The notes below the pieces were generated by a model. That model did no database searches, was not told the origin of the DNA, and saw only the letters and a program-made list of their open reading frames with translations. Position numbers and translations under genes: made by a program. This document shows positions 38,001-51,905 of a stretch of 59,421 nucleotides of DNA, one piece after another (positions within the stretch are counted from its first letter, which is position 1; each line of letters opens with the position of its first letter). The DNA lies in NCBI GenBank assembly GCA_002633005.1, contig NMRA01000346.1:323594-383014 (forward strand), written 5' to 3'. Origin of the DNA: Phoronis australis. Taxonomy: Eukaryota; Animalia; Phoronida.

Positions 38001-39394
38001 GTTTCCATTTAAAGCTGGTATCAATCCCGATTTTCTTCACAAAATAACGTTTTTTATTTAGACCACTTACAATTCAGAATATGGGTGATTTCTGGTCTTG
38101 TAAATACCTCCCCACTATTGCTTGAGAACAGGCTCTACTCTACAGGTTGATATGTCACGGCGTGTCATAACTTGTTGAAATGAAATTTCTCTAAGTTTGT
38201 TGTTTGGTCACTAAAAATGTTACGTGGCGAAATTCTTCCGCCAACTATGTTGCTCTGACATCAAGTACTTTTTGTTTGTTCGCAGTTTACAGGTCGCATT
38301 TTTCGTCTGATTCGCACGAAATTGACACACAATTACTAGCTCCGAAATATCTCAAAGCCTTTTGTTTTTCGTCATGATCACATTCAAGATGGCGAAGGTG
38401 GCGGCAATTTTGTTTTTCAATTCAGATTCAAATGTTCATAGAGGTCGCAATTTTTATGTTCACCGCTGAAGATCGATTATTGCAGAAGACGTGCACTACA
38501 CATTTGCCATAAATCATCAATATCAGGTCAAATATTGCGAAAATATCGGCCATTGCGTTTAGGCACCTCGATTACAGGACGAAATCGTTTTGTGGTGCAA
38601 GGTGACTCTGTGGCTGCCGTTTTTCGATTTTTGTTAGCGGAGCTCTCAGTTGCTCCGCGATCCTTTTGCCGAACATTGTTAAGTTTGTTACGTAAATAGA
38701 TCTTCTTACGGGCTACCTATTACGTTAGGCTATTGTAATACGCGTTGGGGTCATAATTGTTTATGTTCTTGGTTTCGTCGTCGATCTTACCTTTAAATTT
38801 TTAATTTCTTTCACCAAGTGTCGCTCCTCAAGCGCTTTCGTTTTATTTGTCGACCATTTTCTCAACTATAAAGGAATTTCCAGTACTTGTCAAGACTCAG
38901 TAACACTTCTTATTTGAGTATGAACAAGTAGAATCCATTTTATAGCAGTTAGTGGTCTGAGTCAAAAGTAAGTTTCCTCGACGGTACGCGGGTTTATTGC
39001 TGGTTTAACCTTGAGAAATTGCTCACTCATCAAAGTCTCTTGGTGTCAAAAAACGTTAAAGTTTACTTTTTCATTAACTTAGGACTGTATTACTTAAGTC
39101 CTAGGAATCGGAATGCCAACTCCCGCGAGTGAGGAATTCCATTCTGTAAAAGCACTTGCGATCCTGAGATTTCACGGGGCTAGTCTTTAGAGTTTGCGTT
39201 GTTTATTTCCGGTGATCCGTTCGTCTAAATAGCAACAAACAAATCCGGGTTACGTCAAATCCATAAGTCAAACTACACTGGAAGTTCGATATCAGCAATA
39301 TCAATAAGAGAACATTGACGGAGTTTCTTCGAGAGTGACCTAGAAGTGATTCGGTTATCATCACAACCCAAGATGTGCCAGTTTGACCTTATTA

Positions 39395-40039
39395 CCGTGT
39401 AGCCCCAAAATTATGCGCATGTGCCTAATTACTGAACTGCACCTTGTTGTCGAAATTCTGCGCATGCGCCTACATGCTGGTTATTTGAGTAGAACTTGCT
39501 TGATTATGGTACTCCTGATATTGGCGCACCTTCAATGTGTTTAAACAAAAACATTCCCAGTTTGCACGTGGATTATAGTGCAAATTCTTTTTAGTGATTG
39601 CCGAAGCCTCTGTATTGTTTGTTCGACTTGGCAGGAAAATAACAAGTCTACGGATTGGACGTGAAAGCCAATGCCACGGAAGTAGAAAGCAAGCCGTTAA
39701 AAATCACTACTTGTTTGCAGTTAAAACGTTGTAACAGTTAAAGTTACTTTTAGATGAGGAGATGAGTCATTTGTTATTTTAAACGTATAAGTTGTTCTTG
39801 AAAATGAAGTTGGTAATGAGTTTTAAAATTGTTTATTTTTAGGGATTAACTGCTCCTGTGCTCACCCAGAGTGACACTAATGGCACACGCTCTGTGAAAT
39901 AACATGCAAAAATAGTGCATTTCAAGATGCTCCTATAACGGGAACACCACCTACATGAAAAATATTTAATTAAAAAATCTTGCGAAAAAACTCACTGATC
40001 CGCTTATAGGTGCATGCGCCTAATTGCGGGACTATACGA
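39395..40039. mobile_element. Tc1/mariner-type non-autonomous element (CCGT..ACGG-like ends)
   Basis: TA|ccgtgtagccccaaaattatgcgcatgtgccta vs reverse complement of the right end, tcgtatagtcccgcaattaggcgcatgcaccta; right flank is TT rather than TA. Confidence 0.7.
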
Positions 40040-40104
40040 TTTGAGTTATAGCTGAAACGATACAGAGGACAGAAAATTCCTATCCACGCCATGTCGTTTC
40101 ACTG

Positions 40105-40187
40105 GTCGACTATTTTTTTCCGAAAAATCATTGGATTATCTGGAACCGAACCTCAAGAGTCTCCCTTGACAATGTCGACATGAACAC
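40105..40187 (+). repeat. Dispersed repeat fragment, copy B
   Basis: Homologous to 30942-31020. Confidence 0.7.
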
Positions 40188-43100
40188 GGTCAAAAGCACT
40201 GCGTGTCACACAGATGCCCGAATGATAAGGCTTCCTTGTGCATGGTGATAGTTCTTGGCGTGGGGGATGCATTTTGCGACCTGTGATGAGAATCACTTGC
40301 AACGTCATCTTTGGAAAGCTTTTGTATCGGTTTATGGTTCAGTGGTGGAACGGCCCGTTGTTCGCGCATCTTGCATATGTGGCGATTTAGCGTTCGCAAC
40401 TACACGTGGCCATGGATATGATAGAGTTCAAAGGTTGCTTGAACGGAACGATTTGCCATTCCTTAGCTGAATCAGCAAGTCACCAGTTTGAAGTTTACCG
40501 ATCGTTTACCTTGGTCTGTTTACTATTGTGAGGATACATGTATCTTTTGATCCAAGATGTTCGCTATCAGTGAAAATAACTTCCGAAAAAACAGCTGTCC
40601 CTAAGGTACTCCAATGTTGCCCTGTTCTCAAACGTAGCTTATTCAACCCTTCTCATTAATGCAATATTTGCACAGTGTGATACAGCAGCAATTTGCATTT
40701 ACAATCTACACCATGTTTTTGAAGTCGAAATCTGTTTTATGGAATTGCTATGTCTCAGAGATAGAAGGAATTTTGAAAAAAAATTAACCGAACATATCAT
40801 AGTTACACTGTAGTGATAATCTAAATTGCCAAACTAAATTAGTTTTTAATGTGTTCCAATTTTTCTTTACTTGAAAAAAAGTTAATAAGTGATATGAAAA
40901 TATTTCAACGACGTTTATTAGAAGATTAATAGAGGGTATTGTGTAGACATAGACTTATGTCGCTGAACGAAAATCTGTAGCCACTGTTCACGCAACGTGT
41001 TCAACCGTGAGTATTAGTTGTTTTAACAACATATTTCTGGGATGTCATTACAAAAACATTCAATACCAGATGACAGCAGTTTCTAAATCCACGATAGTCC
41101 AGATATTAATCTAGACCTTGCTGTTTCGTCAAGCAGGCCAATTATCTCCCACAGTTCAAAAAGCCAGTAAAACCATTCAGCGGTTCATCAGTCGTAAGAC
41201 AGTGTCATTACGTGGCACTCAAATGCTTTTCCTTATTTCTGCCTCTCAGGCAGGACGTACTGTCGGGAAGCAGTTTATACCTTTTCGGCAACAAAACCAT
41301 AAAATACGAAATATCTGCAGGTATTGATCTGCTGGTTTCATTTGCCTTAATAGCCACGCCAAACTTCGCCGGTCATGTCGAAAAACGAACAAAGATGCAC
41401 AAGTGTCAGTTTTCAATTCAAAACCGTGACTCCCATGCAACTACATGTACTAGGTAACAGCAGACAGCGCACTCGGAATGTCAAACAACAAATTAGGTAA
41501 ACAGTGGCCGTAAGTCGACCAGACTTTTTTTGCTAGGTTGAAGACCTTGAGGGTACCAGAATTTCCAACAAAAACTTATTTTGTCACCAGAGAGTGACAG
41601 AGTGCTTAAGAACAGCCACGGTTACAAGAAAGGTTGGTCAACGAAGAAAGGAACTTTTCAAAAACATGTTAAAAATGAACAAAAACTCCATTCGAAGCCA
41701 CAGTCAATCCAGCATACATCAATTTTATGAAATTGAGGGGTTCAGTGACTGGAAGGGGGATGTGTCTGAGGCTAAAAAAACTATGTCGATTGCCACCTTA
41801 TATGGTAATTTACGGTTGTTACTAGTTCCGTACGCAAGTGAAACCGCTCCCTTGCTTGCGATTTAGAACTCCTGATCCGTGGCCCTGAGAAAATTAATAA
41901 AGCTACAATTACAGCGTTTGCTCGTGTCTTTGGAGCACCGAGTCTAAAGCGCAAGGTTGCACCAGGGATGTCGTATCAATGCATAGTTAATGAAAAGAGG
42001 TTAGTTAAACACGTACGTATTACTCAGATTTTACTCTAAAACATTTTTTTCCAAAACTACAGCGACCGACAATCAATTTTTCTATGCAGCGAGCACTACA
42101 GCATGCAATTTTGGGGATGTTGGAGAAGATTGTCGATAATCCGAACTAAGTGCCTAAATATCATGGAATTGAAATTAACGTACTGAGCAGGGAACCATGA
42201 AGATCACAATCATTGTGGTTTGTGGTCAGCAACGTTGTTATAAATGCCAAAACAACTTCGTTACCATGGGCACACGACACTGATTCGAGTCTCAAGACCA
42301 AACTGAAGCCTATTGCAGCAAACTGCGCATGGGCGGTGATGGGTATAATATACTGCTGAACCTCAACTTAAAACTAAGGGCACTGCTGACGGAGAGTTAT
42401 GAGCCAAGCTGCCCATCTCATTTCAAGTGAAAGTTAGCCGAGTTCACAGCTCACGTGAACAATTCAGAAAGAACCAGCCGCCGCTTTGTTCAACATACAT
42501 GTATGACAACACATAAACTTCAACAAGGAATACACTGTAGAAACAATGCCATGCTACGATGGAATCTTTGATTAGCGCAGCCATGAATGTACGAGATGTT
42601 TTTACTCCAGATTGCATAGATACGGATCTAAATATCCAGCATGCATCAAGCTTATTCCAGTTCTCCATAGAAACGTCGTACTTCGAGTGTCAGTTTCGCT
42701 TTCAAAAGGTGAGCCCACAAATACACGCAATGTAGTAGTACCGGATGCAATCAGCCAATGTATCACTTAAAGACATCGATATAAACAGCCACTTGGGAAC
42801 TGCTATTCGTTCATACCAAAATCTAGTCAAGTTTAGGTGCCCGGAACTTTTCTACAACCAGAGCCTCTTGGTGGTCATTTTCTATTTTTTCGGACTCCCT
42901 GTACAGAGGCCAAAGTGTTAAAAACGGAAGCAGTGTTGCTTAGTGGGAAAACTTTCCGCTTCCTCTGCTCAAGGACGTTAGTTCGAGTCCCACTGGGAGA
43001 TTTACTTTTGGGTCAGGTATCTATGTATTAATAAAGCATAAAAAATGTTCCAGGTGATCAGTGCAAAAGGTCCACCTGAGCGTCTGGTATAACGTGTACC

Positions 43101-45761
43101 TGACCGCCTGTAATTATATATTTTTAAAGCGTCCAAAACGCTTTTACGTTTAGTATATGTTGAAAAGGGAACGCTGCTGCAAGCCAGCAAGTATACGAGT
43201 TGTAATATAAACGAGGGTCGCAAACCATCGTTTTCCGAACCATTCTACCGACAGCGCATTTGGGGTTTTTCAGTCTCTCTCTAAAGACAGATCTGATTTT
43301 AATGCCTCTCCAAGACGGCCACGTAAACAGATTGTCACCTATGTAATTGAAGCTAAAAAGAGCGCCATGTGTCCCAATACAATTAACAGGTGTAACAACT
43401 GGTCGACACGTCAAGCAATCGACGAAAACTCGCCGGTAATGGCTATGGTAACCGTTCTTAATACACCCCAGGCTCGTCATCCGTTTTGAATTAACTCTAC
43501 CAGACGTAGTTCAATAGCTAGAAACAGTTAGATATCCCTAATTAATAAACCCGTGTGGTGTACGCTGTATCGAAGATGCCTCTCTAGGGAGACTTCAAAT
43601 GCTTTGGCCCATCACAAGATAACCACCCGGGGGTCTTTAAAGCTAAATTTTATCTCGCGATAAGCTAATTAGCAGAATCCCCTGGTTTCAAAAGAATTAT
43701 CAACTAACGTTTCCGTGTGATTTTATTTACATCACCAATGAGCAACCTCCATCACTTACAAAGTGGTGAAAGATATCGTTACTGCCGAATAATATGTACA
43801 TGTAACTTGCACTATTCTTGGCAAATGAAGGCCTGTGCGTGAGTGAACTTCTCATCAATTATTTATGTTTGAGCATTTACGTGTATCTTATACCTTTCAC
43901 TATTTATTGTCCCTGTTATCTTCCTTTGTGAAGTGTTAACCCTTCATGAATTATGGATATGTTTTATGGAAATCGTAAAAATAAAACAGCAATAAAAACT
44001 TAATGAATGTAACGATAATTATGATGGTGATAATATACAAATGTAGCAATATTCGAAGCTAACCACTGGTCTCCGGATATGTATGCTAATGTTTCCCTTC
44101 GGTTTACAGTTATTAATATAAATTGTCCCTGATCACAGACCTGTGTGTTGCCGGTAAACAGTGTGTATTCTGTATTACAAAAGCTGACACTATACATGAG
44201 CAGCACTGACATTTATGTGACTTATGTAAAGACAGACTTCACCACCGCGATGCCAAGTACATACTAACTGGAAAGTCGTAAATGGCATTTGCAAAACGTT
44301 CGGAATGTGTACGTCAGATTTCCCTCAAATATCAAAATATATGTATCCATAGAATAGCAGAAACATTAGTACTTCGGGTATTCAACAAATAATTAGACGA
44401 TTTCTAAACCGGCAGCGTTTTTGTAGAGAGGTGATGTGATAGGCCATCTCTTATCGGCGGCAACTGGGGTTAATGAGCATTTTACAGCACATGACTGAAA
44501 AAGGACTCATGGGCGTAATATTTAATTCCAATCATGCGCTTACCAATATAATGACACTTTGCATCGAAATCTAACGCTACGCCTTTTGTATCTTGTATTA
44601 TGTATTTTGAAATAGCGACTGGAAGTGATTATCTAACGCCCCCCCCCCTCCTGCAACTAATTTCAATTGGAGAAAAATAATACAAACACATTTGTTTCAA
44701 ACCGGAAAAATTCAACAAAACAATTTTCTGAAATAAGGAGATCACGTCACAGCAGGGGCTATGTGAACCATACTGACCGCGAGTATTCCAAGTTTTACTG
44801 ACGATTTTTTGGTTACAACTTTTTTCTCCAATATAATTTCCCACAGAAAGGTGGCGAGACTTAATGCCAGGATAGTAGAATCTCATAGGCAAGCCAAGTA
44901 CTGTGTGTCACGCTTTCTGCGTCTCAATTACTTGCTTCCGTACTATACTACGTTCACATTCTGACATTTCACCCGGTTATTTTTATTGTTAAAACTCAAG
45001 TAATTACCGTAACATCGATGTCATTTCCAGATTAAAGTACTATTGGGGAATTTCTGGGGCATTCGTACTCGTAGCATTAATTCACCAAACTCTTTGGGTG
45101 ATTCGAAGAAGAATCGCCCGATGATCGGGATAGCACGGAATCGGCGGGACCGGCCGAGCACCAACCAAAATGTCCAAGGCAATACTGGTGTCAGATACAG
45201 CTCCATATTGGGAGGTCGGGAGAACAAACAATGAACCTACACTTCATTGCTGCCGGTATATCAAACCTGTGTACTTGAGACGAGTGGCCAACAGTCTTTT
45301 ACACGGCGAGCATTACAGTGACTTGATTCGTCTTCATGCGAACTCTATGTGTGTAACCTGTTGCCATTGACACAACTCCCCTTTAAATTAAAGTTCCTCG
45401 TTAGACTTCAGATTAGACTAACGTAATTAGTGAATGGGGAGATCCCGAGATCGATTGCCCACTAGGGGCGCTGACGCATTGGGTCGTTCAGAACGCCATA
45501 TTGGAAAATCTATGTTTCAGACAAACGAGAGACTGTGCTTTGAATATCGCTGATTTACTGTGTAAAACTCATCATATTTGACCATACTTGACAAGAGATA
45601 CATGTACTTCCCATCGACTTCTGAACGAATTTCGCTCCGTGTATTTTAAACGGGCGGTGGGCCAAATCCGGTCACCGATTAAGAGTTTTCACCTTGTCAA
45701 AAATAAATTCCACTCTTCACTTAAAAAAGCGCTTACTAGCTCTTCAGTGGTCCTACACATA

Positions 45762-45832
45762 TCACCAGGACCTAGGCTATGCTTGATGTCAAAACATCCA
45801 GCATAGCCTAGGTCCTGGTGAGGTAGAGACTA
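45762..45832. repeat. Perfect 22-bp-stem hairpin followed by ..GAGACTA (Academ-like terminus)
   Basis: tcaccaggacctaggctatgct / agcatagcctaggtcctggtga, plus inner gatgt / acatc; GAGACTA is the reverse complement of the TAGTCTC start at 17298. Confidence 0.8.
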
Positions 45833-47139
45833 CCGGGACTAACAGTTGATTTGTCATTCATCTGAAAGAATGTCTGATGCTATTAAATATATTTTTATTA
45901 AAATAAAAAACCAGGCTGGTAAATAAAGATTTGACTTTTTTTAAATTGAAAAAAAAATAAAAAGTAGCACAGCCCGAGCAATCGCTTTCGCATTATATGC
46001 AGGTTCTCATTCACTCCCTTGCACACATTTACAAGTCTGAAGTAATTATTTGACCATCAATTGTGCTGGTTTTAATAATTCTGACGTGTATTTCATATGT
46101 TAGGTTTCAACTATCAATCTGGACCAGTGAATTTTAAAATCAAAACACCTAATTCGTTCGTCCAACGCATAACCTCGTTTTAGAGCTCAATTTCAGTTAG
46201 TAAGAAAAGTTATCATGTTTCTTCAGGGGCCTCGTTCATCCAAGGGGAAAGGTGCCTGTACATTTTTTTTCGCCGAGTGCTGGGCAAAATCTACCTCCCG
46301 ATCAATATCCCCGTCCTGTTGCAAGGTCTCATAGGCTCTGTCTCACATAACATTTTGTGCTTTTTCAAATTGTCACCTGTGTGGATACAGGTGATATGAA
46401 CTTCGGAGAGAAGTTTTCAAATCACTAGGGGAGTTTTTTGGCCTCGTGGAGGGAATTTCGGGGGATTTTTCAATATTTTTGAGAGGGGAAATAGGGCCAT
46501 TATCCTGTCCCACAATCGGGGAATTGAGGGTCATGGCCATTTTTGGGAAGAAAAATGCAACCCCTAGTCATGAACACAGCATGGCTGACCGAAGATTCTC
46601 CGGTCGTTGCCATGATGCTCGGCAACCGAGATGTGACAAAATATGATCTAACTTTTCGAAAACATTTATAAATTTTACACGGCAATATTTTCCTTCGTCG
46701 CGGCGTATGGCAAGGACCGAATGTACGCTTCCGAATCTCAACGTCTTTAGGGATTGTAAAACAGACAGTTGAGTGTCCGTAGTTTTTCCAGCCGTTTCGA
46801 GCAACGCGGAATACAACCAATATATGCCAATAAGCCAGCGGAGCTATCGTAGCGAGCGCTTGACACTTGCAAAATAGCATGGGAAGGTGTCAAGTGAAAT
46901 TTGTAAAATTTGTGTCCCTTGGACTTTTTATTCATTAACACGCGTGATTTAACGTTACTTCCTCCGCCGACCGCGACAGACTTTCAACGATTTGCTCAAA
47001 TTCTTGACTGAATCGTCTCCAGACTTATGACATATGTTAATTATAATTCCATGTGCACATATGCATGTTTCATTTGATTTTATTTCCTGTGGTTTAAAAT
47101 TTGTAACTTTTTGTGGGGGCGTACTTTCGCCCCTGCATA

Positions 47140-47595
47140 CCTGCGGCATCCAGGGACGGTAATTGCCTAATATCTACATGCTGTGGAGGACAACATGGCT
47201 TGTTTTCAACTTTCTCACAATCTATGTTCACTGTACTTTCATCCTGGCAATCGACATCTTCACAAAAGTCTTGTCCGTAATCAAGGGCTCTTCTACAACA
47301 GAAATGTCCATGAGGTTTGGCTTTTTATGAAAAACTATTTGAAGGCCTGGGAGCAGCAATTAACTTGCGGTTGTCGCTTGCAAGGAAAGCTGGTAGGTAT
47401 GTTGCTTCCTGGAGCAAAATGTTCAGAGCATGCTCTGGTCCCAAATTAAATTAAATTTTGCCTTATATCTTTTGTCACTGAATCCATACCTTTTGGAGCT
47501 CTGTTTTGGCAGGTATTCTATGTAATGTAACTTTTTACCACTGTCCTAAACAGTAGCTGACCCAACGGTACACAAGAGAATCTCTTACCACCCAT
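47140..47595 (-). pseudogene. Decayed THAP-domain gene fragment (transposon-derived)
   Basis: With frameshifts: MGGKRFSCVPL / KVTLHRIPAKTELQKVWIQ / IRQNLI*FGTRACSEHFAPGSNIPTSFP. The conserved P, W, CxxHF and PT.F THAP residues are in order. Confidence 0.8.
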
Positions 47596-47764
47596 GCTTA
47601 AACAGTAATTTTAATCAGCGATGACCAGGCCGTAACATGAGTTATGAAGTAAACAGAACTAAAACAGTAAGTATCAACCAACTAGATTAAACCAAAGAAC
47701 TGATGCGCACGCCGAACATAGCGTTGACCTTTATAATTAAAACTCCGACGAAAAAGAAGACATC

Positions 47765-47910
47765 GGGCGTGCGTTCAGTAACGCTAAGCCCTACGCTAGG
47801 ACCTATCTAAAATCTAGCCAAAGTCACGTGTTCTAATTTAAAATACACGACAATATAATCTCGCCAAGTCTTACTTTTAACGAGGTCCTAGCGTTACTGA
47901 ATGAGAGGCA
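47765..47910. mobile_element. Small MITE (Harbinger-like)
   Basis: ttcagtaacgcta..ggacct vs aggtcctagcgttactgaa, with a 12-bp insertion in the left arm. Confidence 0.7.
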
Positions 47911-50900
47911 GATTCACGGCGCTGTTCAGCTGAAGACGTGCCGCATGTGTTTCGTCAGCGCATTTCCAGAAAAATACGTCTCGAATTTCGCATAACGTGC
48001 CTATTACATTTTAAATGTGACATGATTATCTATTTCCAGAAGTATGATTGATATAATAAGGCCCGAAATTGCCGTAAAACTTTATTATGCGCCTGCGAAT
48101 ACCAAGCACGTTCGTAAATAACCCGTTTCAAGACAAAATTTGACTAAGAAATAATAAAAACAACATAGAAGTCCGACGAACATGTAATACATATACTTTA
48201 TTAATACAACAAGGGCACTCGAATCTCGCACCCCATTGAATGTTTGGGTCGTTTCATGACCGGAACTACCGAATGCGCCAGCGACACCTAGAGGCATAAG
48301 ATATTACTGTTCATCTCGGGAGACGGCCATTGTTCTGCTTTAATATCAACTTTCACTTCCGTTATTTTTAAGACGCAATCTGGAAAGTCTTCGGCGAAGA
48401 CTAGAACTTTACGTAATTTAATGAACAAGCGCAGTTTTCTCTGAGCAAGACTTGTTTTAGCAACACTGATCTCTGTTTTAACACCTATAACAAAACAAAC
48501 AGAATGGAACCCATTAATCAAAATTTGTCACTAGGAATATTTTATACATTGGCATAAAATCCAGTGGTATTCACTCTGTTGCTTCGCCAGCACAGGACAG
48601 TTTAAAAAGTACTTAAAAATTACACATCACTGGTTAAAAATTTTAGAAAAGTAATGAATTTAAGGAGCAATAGTTTTGGAATTACCTTTTTGAAGGAATG
48701 TGATTACTCAAAATGTGTTAGTGCAAAATTTAACTGAAATGAAGCGGAAAAGGTTTTGATAGATGTTTTCTTTAGCCAACACGAAATGGGTACAGAGCTG
48801 GGTTTGAGGTATAACTCCAAGTGTCATGACCCACACCTCACGTGTTTTGCCTGTCAGCTCCTCAACCAGAAAAAAGACATGATGACAATATAATTTGAGC
48901 GGCCCCACCTCCAAAGTAGCCTTTGAGTACTTTTTCTTGTAGACTCGTTCAGTAATCGAAGCGTAAATTTACAGTATATAGAGTGGTACATTACATGTAG
49001 GTGCCATATTCTGATTATCTGATGGAGCGTGCGTCTTGTTACGGAACATGCCTGCACCACACAGACGTACGTGTTGCGTGAGTTATCTGCCGTACTGGGG
49101 AAACGATTGTCAGTGTACCAGCTGATCGAGCAAGTGTGAATATCAAACAAAGCGCGGCCAGATAATTATAGCTCAAACCAAATTAAGCGAAAATCACCAT
49201 GATTTCCAAGTAAAGTCACAATCGCAGCCAATTCGCAGATTTTTGCAGACGTCGTAATTACACACGTCACTACCAGTCGTGCGTGCAGTATCTGTACATA
49301 TTGCGCGGCAGCAAGTTGAGGCGAGGGCCTGTTGTATTGCGCAACCGATGCGGGATCCTGTGAAAATGCTGCGACTGTGACTGTTAAAACATTACGTGGA
49401 TCAGGCCGTTGATCACACGTGGTGGTTGTGTCTTATGCTGGTAGGATCATTAGTAAAACTTCACCAGCTGGCAGGGTGTGAAATCTAGTCATGACCGAAA
49501 TTGCCACCCCTGTGATAAGTGGCAACATCGGGGTTTGATTAGTATTTCGGATCAGAGTTAGTATTGGAGCACAACTTCGGATTGATCCGCGATTGAGCCG
49601 AGACACAATGCGTAATCGAGATTTGAAGGCGATTAAAAATGCAAACACTGAAGTGCAAAGCTCATCTACAAGTAATTCTATGATTGCGTTTAGAACGTAA
49701 TAAATTTCATTTTACAAAATAGTTGGCATATCTTTAATGATCGATGATGATTGAGACTTTCCTCTGTAACTGTTCTTCAGCTTTTGAAGTAAATAACTGT
49801 CTGATTGGTGGTTATTAGGACTCAGAACGGTTTGACGCATCAGTGACTATCCCGGCTAAACGTTCATCACACTGCAGGAACAGTCGACTACAAACAGGAA
49901 TGATACTGCAGCGAGGCGTGAATTGAGTATTCTCCCTCAATATTTTCACGATGAAAGGCATCGTTATTAAGTATGTCGACGACGTGTACGGTACGAGATG
50001 GTTCTGTTATTATAATTTGTACAGGTGTTCTATCGTCAAACGTTAATGCAAATAAATAAAAATAACAGGTGAAAAAATCCACTTACCTTCAAGTGTAAGC
50101 GATAAATCAGCCGAGCTGAGAATTTCTGCACAAGTGCCGTTTGTACCTATCTCGAATGCTGTAAGCATCAGGCTTTTAAAAATCGTTGCGCAGGAGAAGC
50201 AAGAATATTTTAGCTCATCCTTACAAGCAACGGTAATGCGGCTCTGACTAACGCCATTCCATGTGTGACTTTTGGCGTAGTCGGCTCTGGAACAACGGTA
50301 CACTTAGCGCGACAAAAGTTCAGTGGAGAATTATTTCCTGTCTACACTCGATGTTTCTCTATCTTACATACAGCGAGGTGAAACTAACACAATTCTCTTA
50401 GTCCAACTGTTAAGTAGCAAAGAAAATTGTAACGCTAGACCACGCGAAACACGTAAAATGCGTAAAACACGATTACTGCCGGCAACGTTCGCTCAGTCAT
50501 TCAGCAAATTTCCGACTAAGGGCGAATCCATTTAGGAGGGGGCTCACTTTGTTACTGTTTTGTTACTTTGGTTTAGGAATCGTCGCAAATTGAAGAACTG
50601 TGCCGGTTTATTAACGAGCGAAATAGCATGCGTAGGTAAAGGGATGTAGGGGTCACACCGGGTGACTTCACAGATGGATGGGTTGCACATACGACTGGGG
50701 GGGACAGAAAACGATTATGGGGGGCAGGGCGGTTTTGTGAAATTGATGGCGACGTAGGGCACTGTTACCGTCCGTCATGGAACATACAATACATATCACA
50801 AGGGAGGGAAAAGCTTCAAGTATAAAAAATATGGTTATCGTTAACCATGTTGTGCTACTCACTAGCACTTACTTGAAATCAGCATCCTTTTATCGGCAGA

Positions 50901-51905
50901 AAACGTTTTAAGTGAAATTTAGGACAGAAAACTCTTTTGATTTCAACCAATCTTCGCTCCATGCTCTGCTAATGCACCTGTCTTTGGTGTCTCACTTGAG
51001 TAATAAAGGCAGGATTTAATTAAAACATTTACTCATTACGTCATAAAATGAACCTTGTGTTTCTTGGTGATTGGTCTTTCCCCATAGTTGTCGTATAACA
51101 AGTCTAAAACGCTAGTCACTCTTGCTAGTTACCTAAGTAAGGAGATTCTAAATCTGTTCCAAACTTTTGACAGTTGATGAGAGTTCAGAGCATTGTCTAA
51201 TATTAGATTGAAAAGTCGTTACTAAGCTACAACCGGATTAAGTATCTTTTTAAAAGAACTCCATACACTCCATGCGGTGGGAATTTTCCTCAACCAGTCG
51301 TCTCGAGAGTACAGAATGATTTCAAAATAAAACTAAACGTTGAATTGCTCCTGTCACAAGAATATACACGTACTTACTGCAGGCCACAAATAATGGTTTT
51401 GAAAAATTATTAGTATGTCTTGTTGTTAGAAGGCGTGCTGATACCCAGTGTACCCGCATATAAAGCGATCCCTGGTGGGAGCATATTTGTGTTCTAAAGA
51501 AATGATACTGATATTAAGTTCAGGCAACGGAGGCTGACTTTTCTAGAGCAGTAGGTATTAGCCATGAGCTTGCGGCGAAACGTGTTCGCTCATCTACCTC
51601 ACCAAGAACATACATACACTGTACATGTACATGTATAATCTACTCAACGCTCCCCTGACTTTGTCCAATAAATCGGCCTCACTGTTAACATTGGACATGG
51701 GAATAAAGTTTCTTTGATTTTGCGCTCGAGTAGATTATGATTCACGCAGAGAAATGCATAATCCGAGCTCTGACTAAAAGTAGTAGGAAATTGCTGAACC
51801 GACTTGTAGCCCCAGTTTGAAGATTGAATTCCGCCGGGCAACAATCAGCGGACACGAAAAAAAATATAACAAAATGGGCTACTCTTTGCATCATTCTACC
51901 CTCCT

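Noticed and set aside
38117-38129. 13-nt match to miR-137 (tattgcttgagaa)
   Set aside because: The 3' part diverges and no precursor hairpin is evident.
43124-43490. Open frames of ~95-118 codons on both strands
   Set aside because: No recognisable motif or convincing splice signals.
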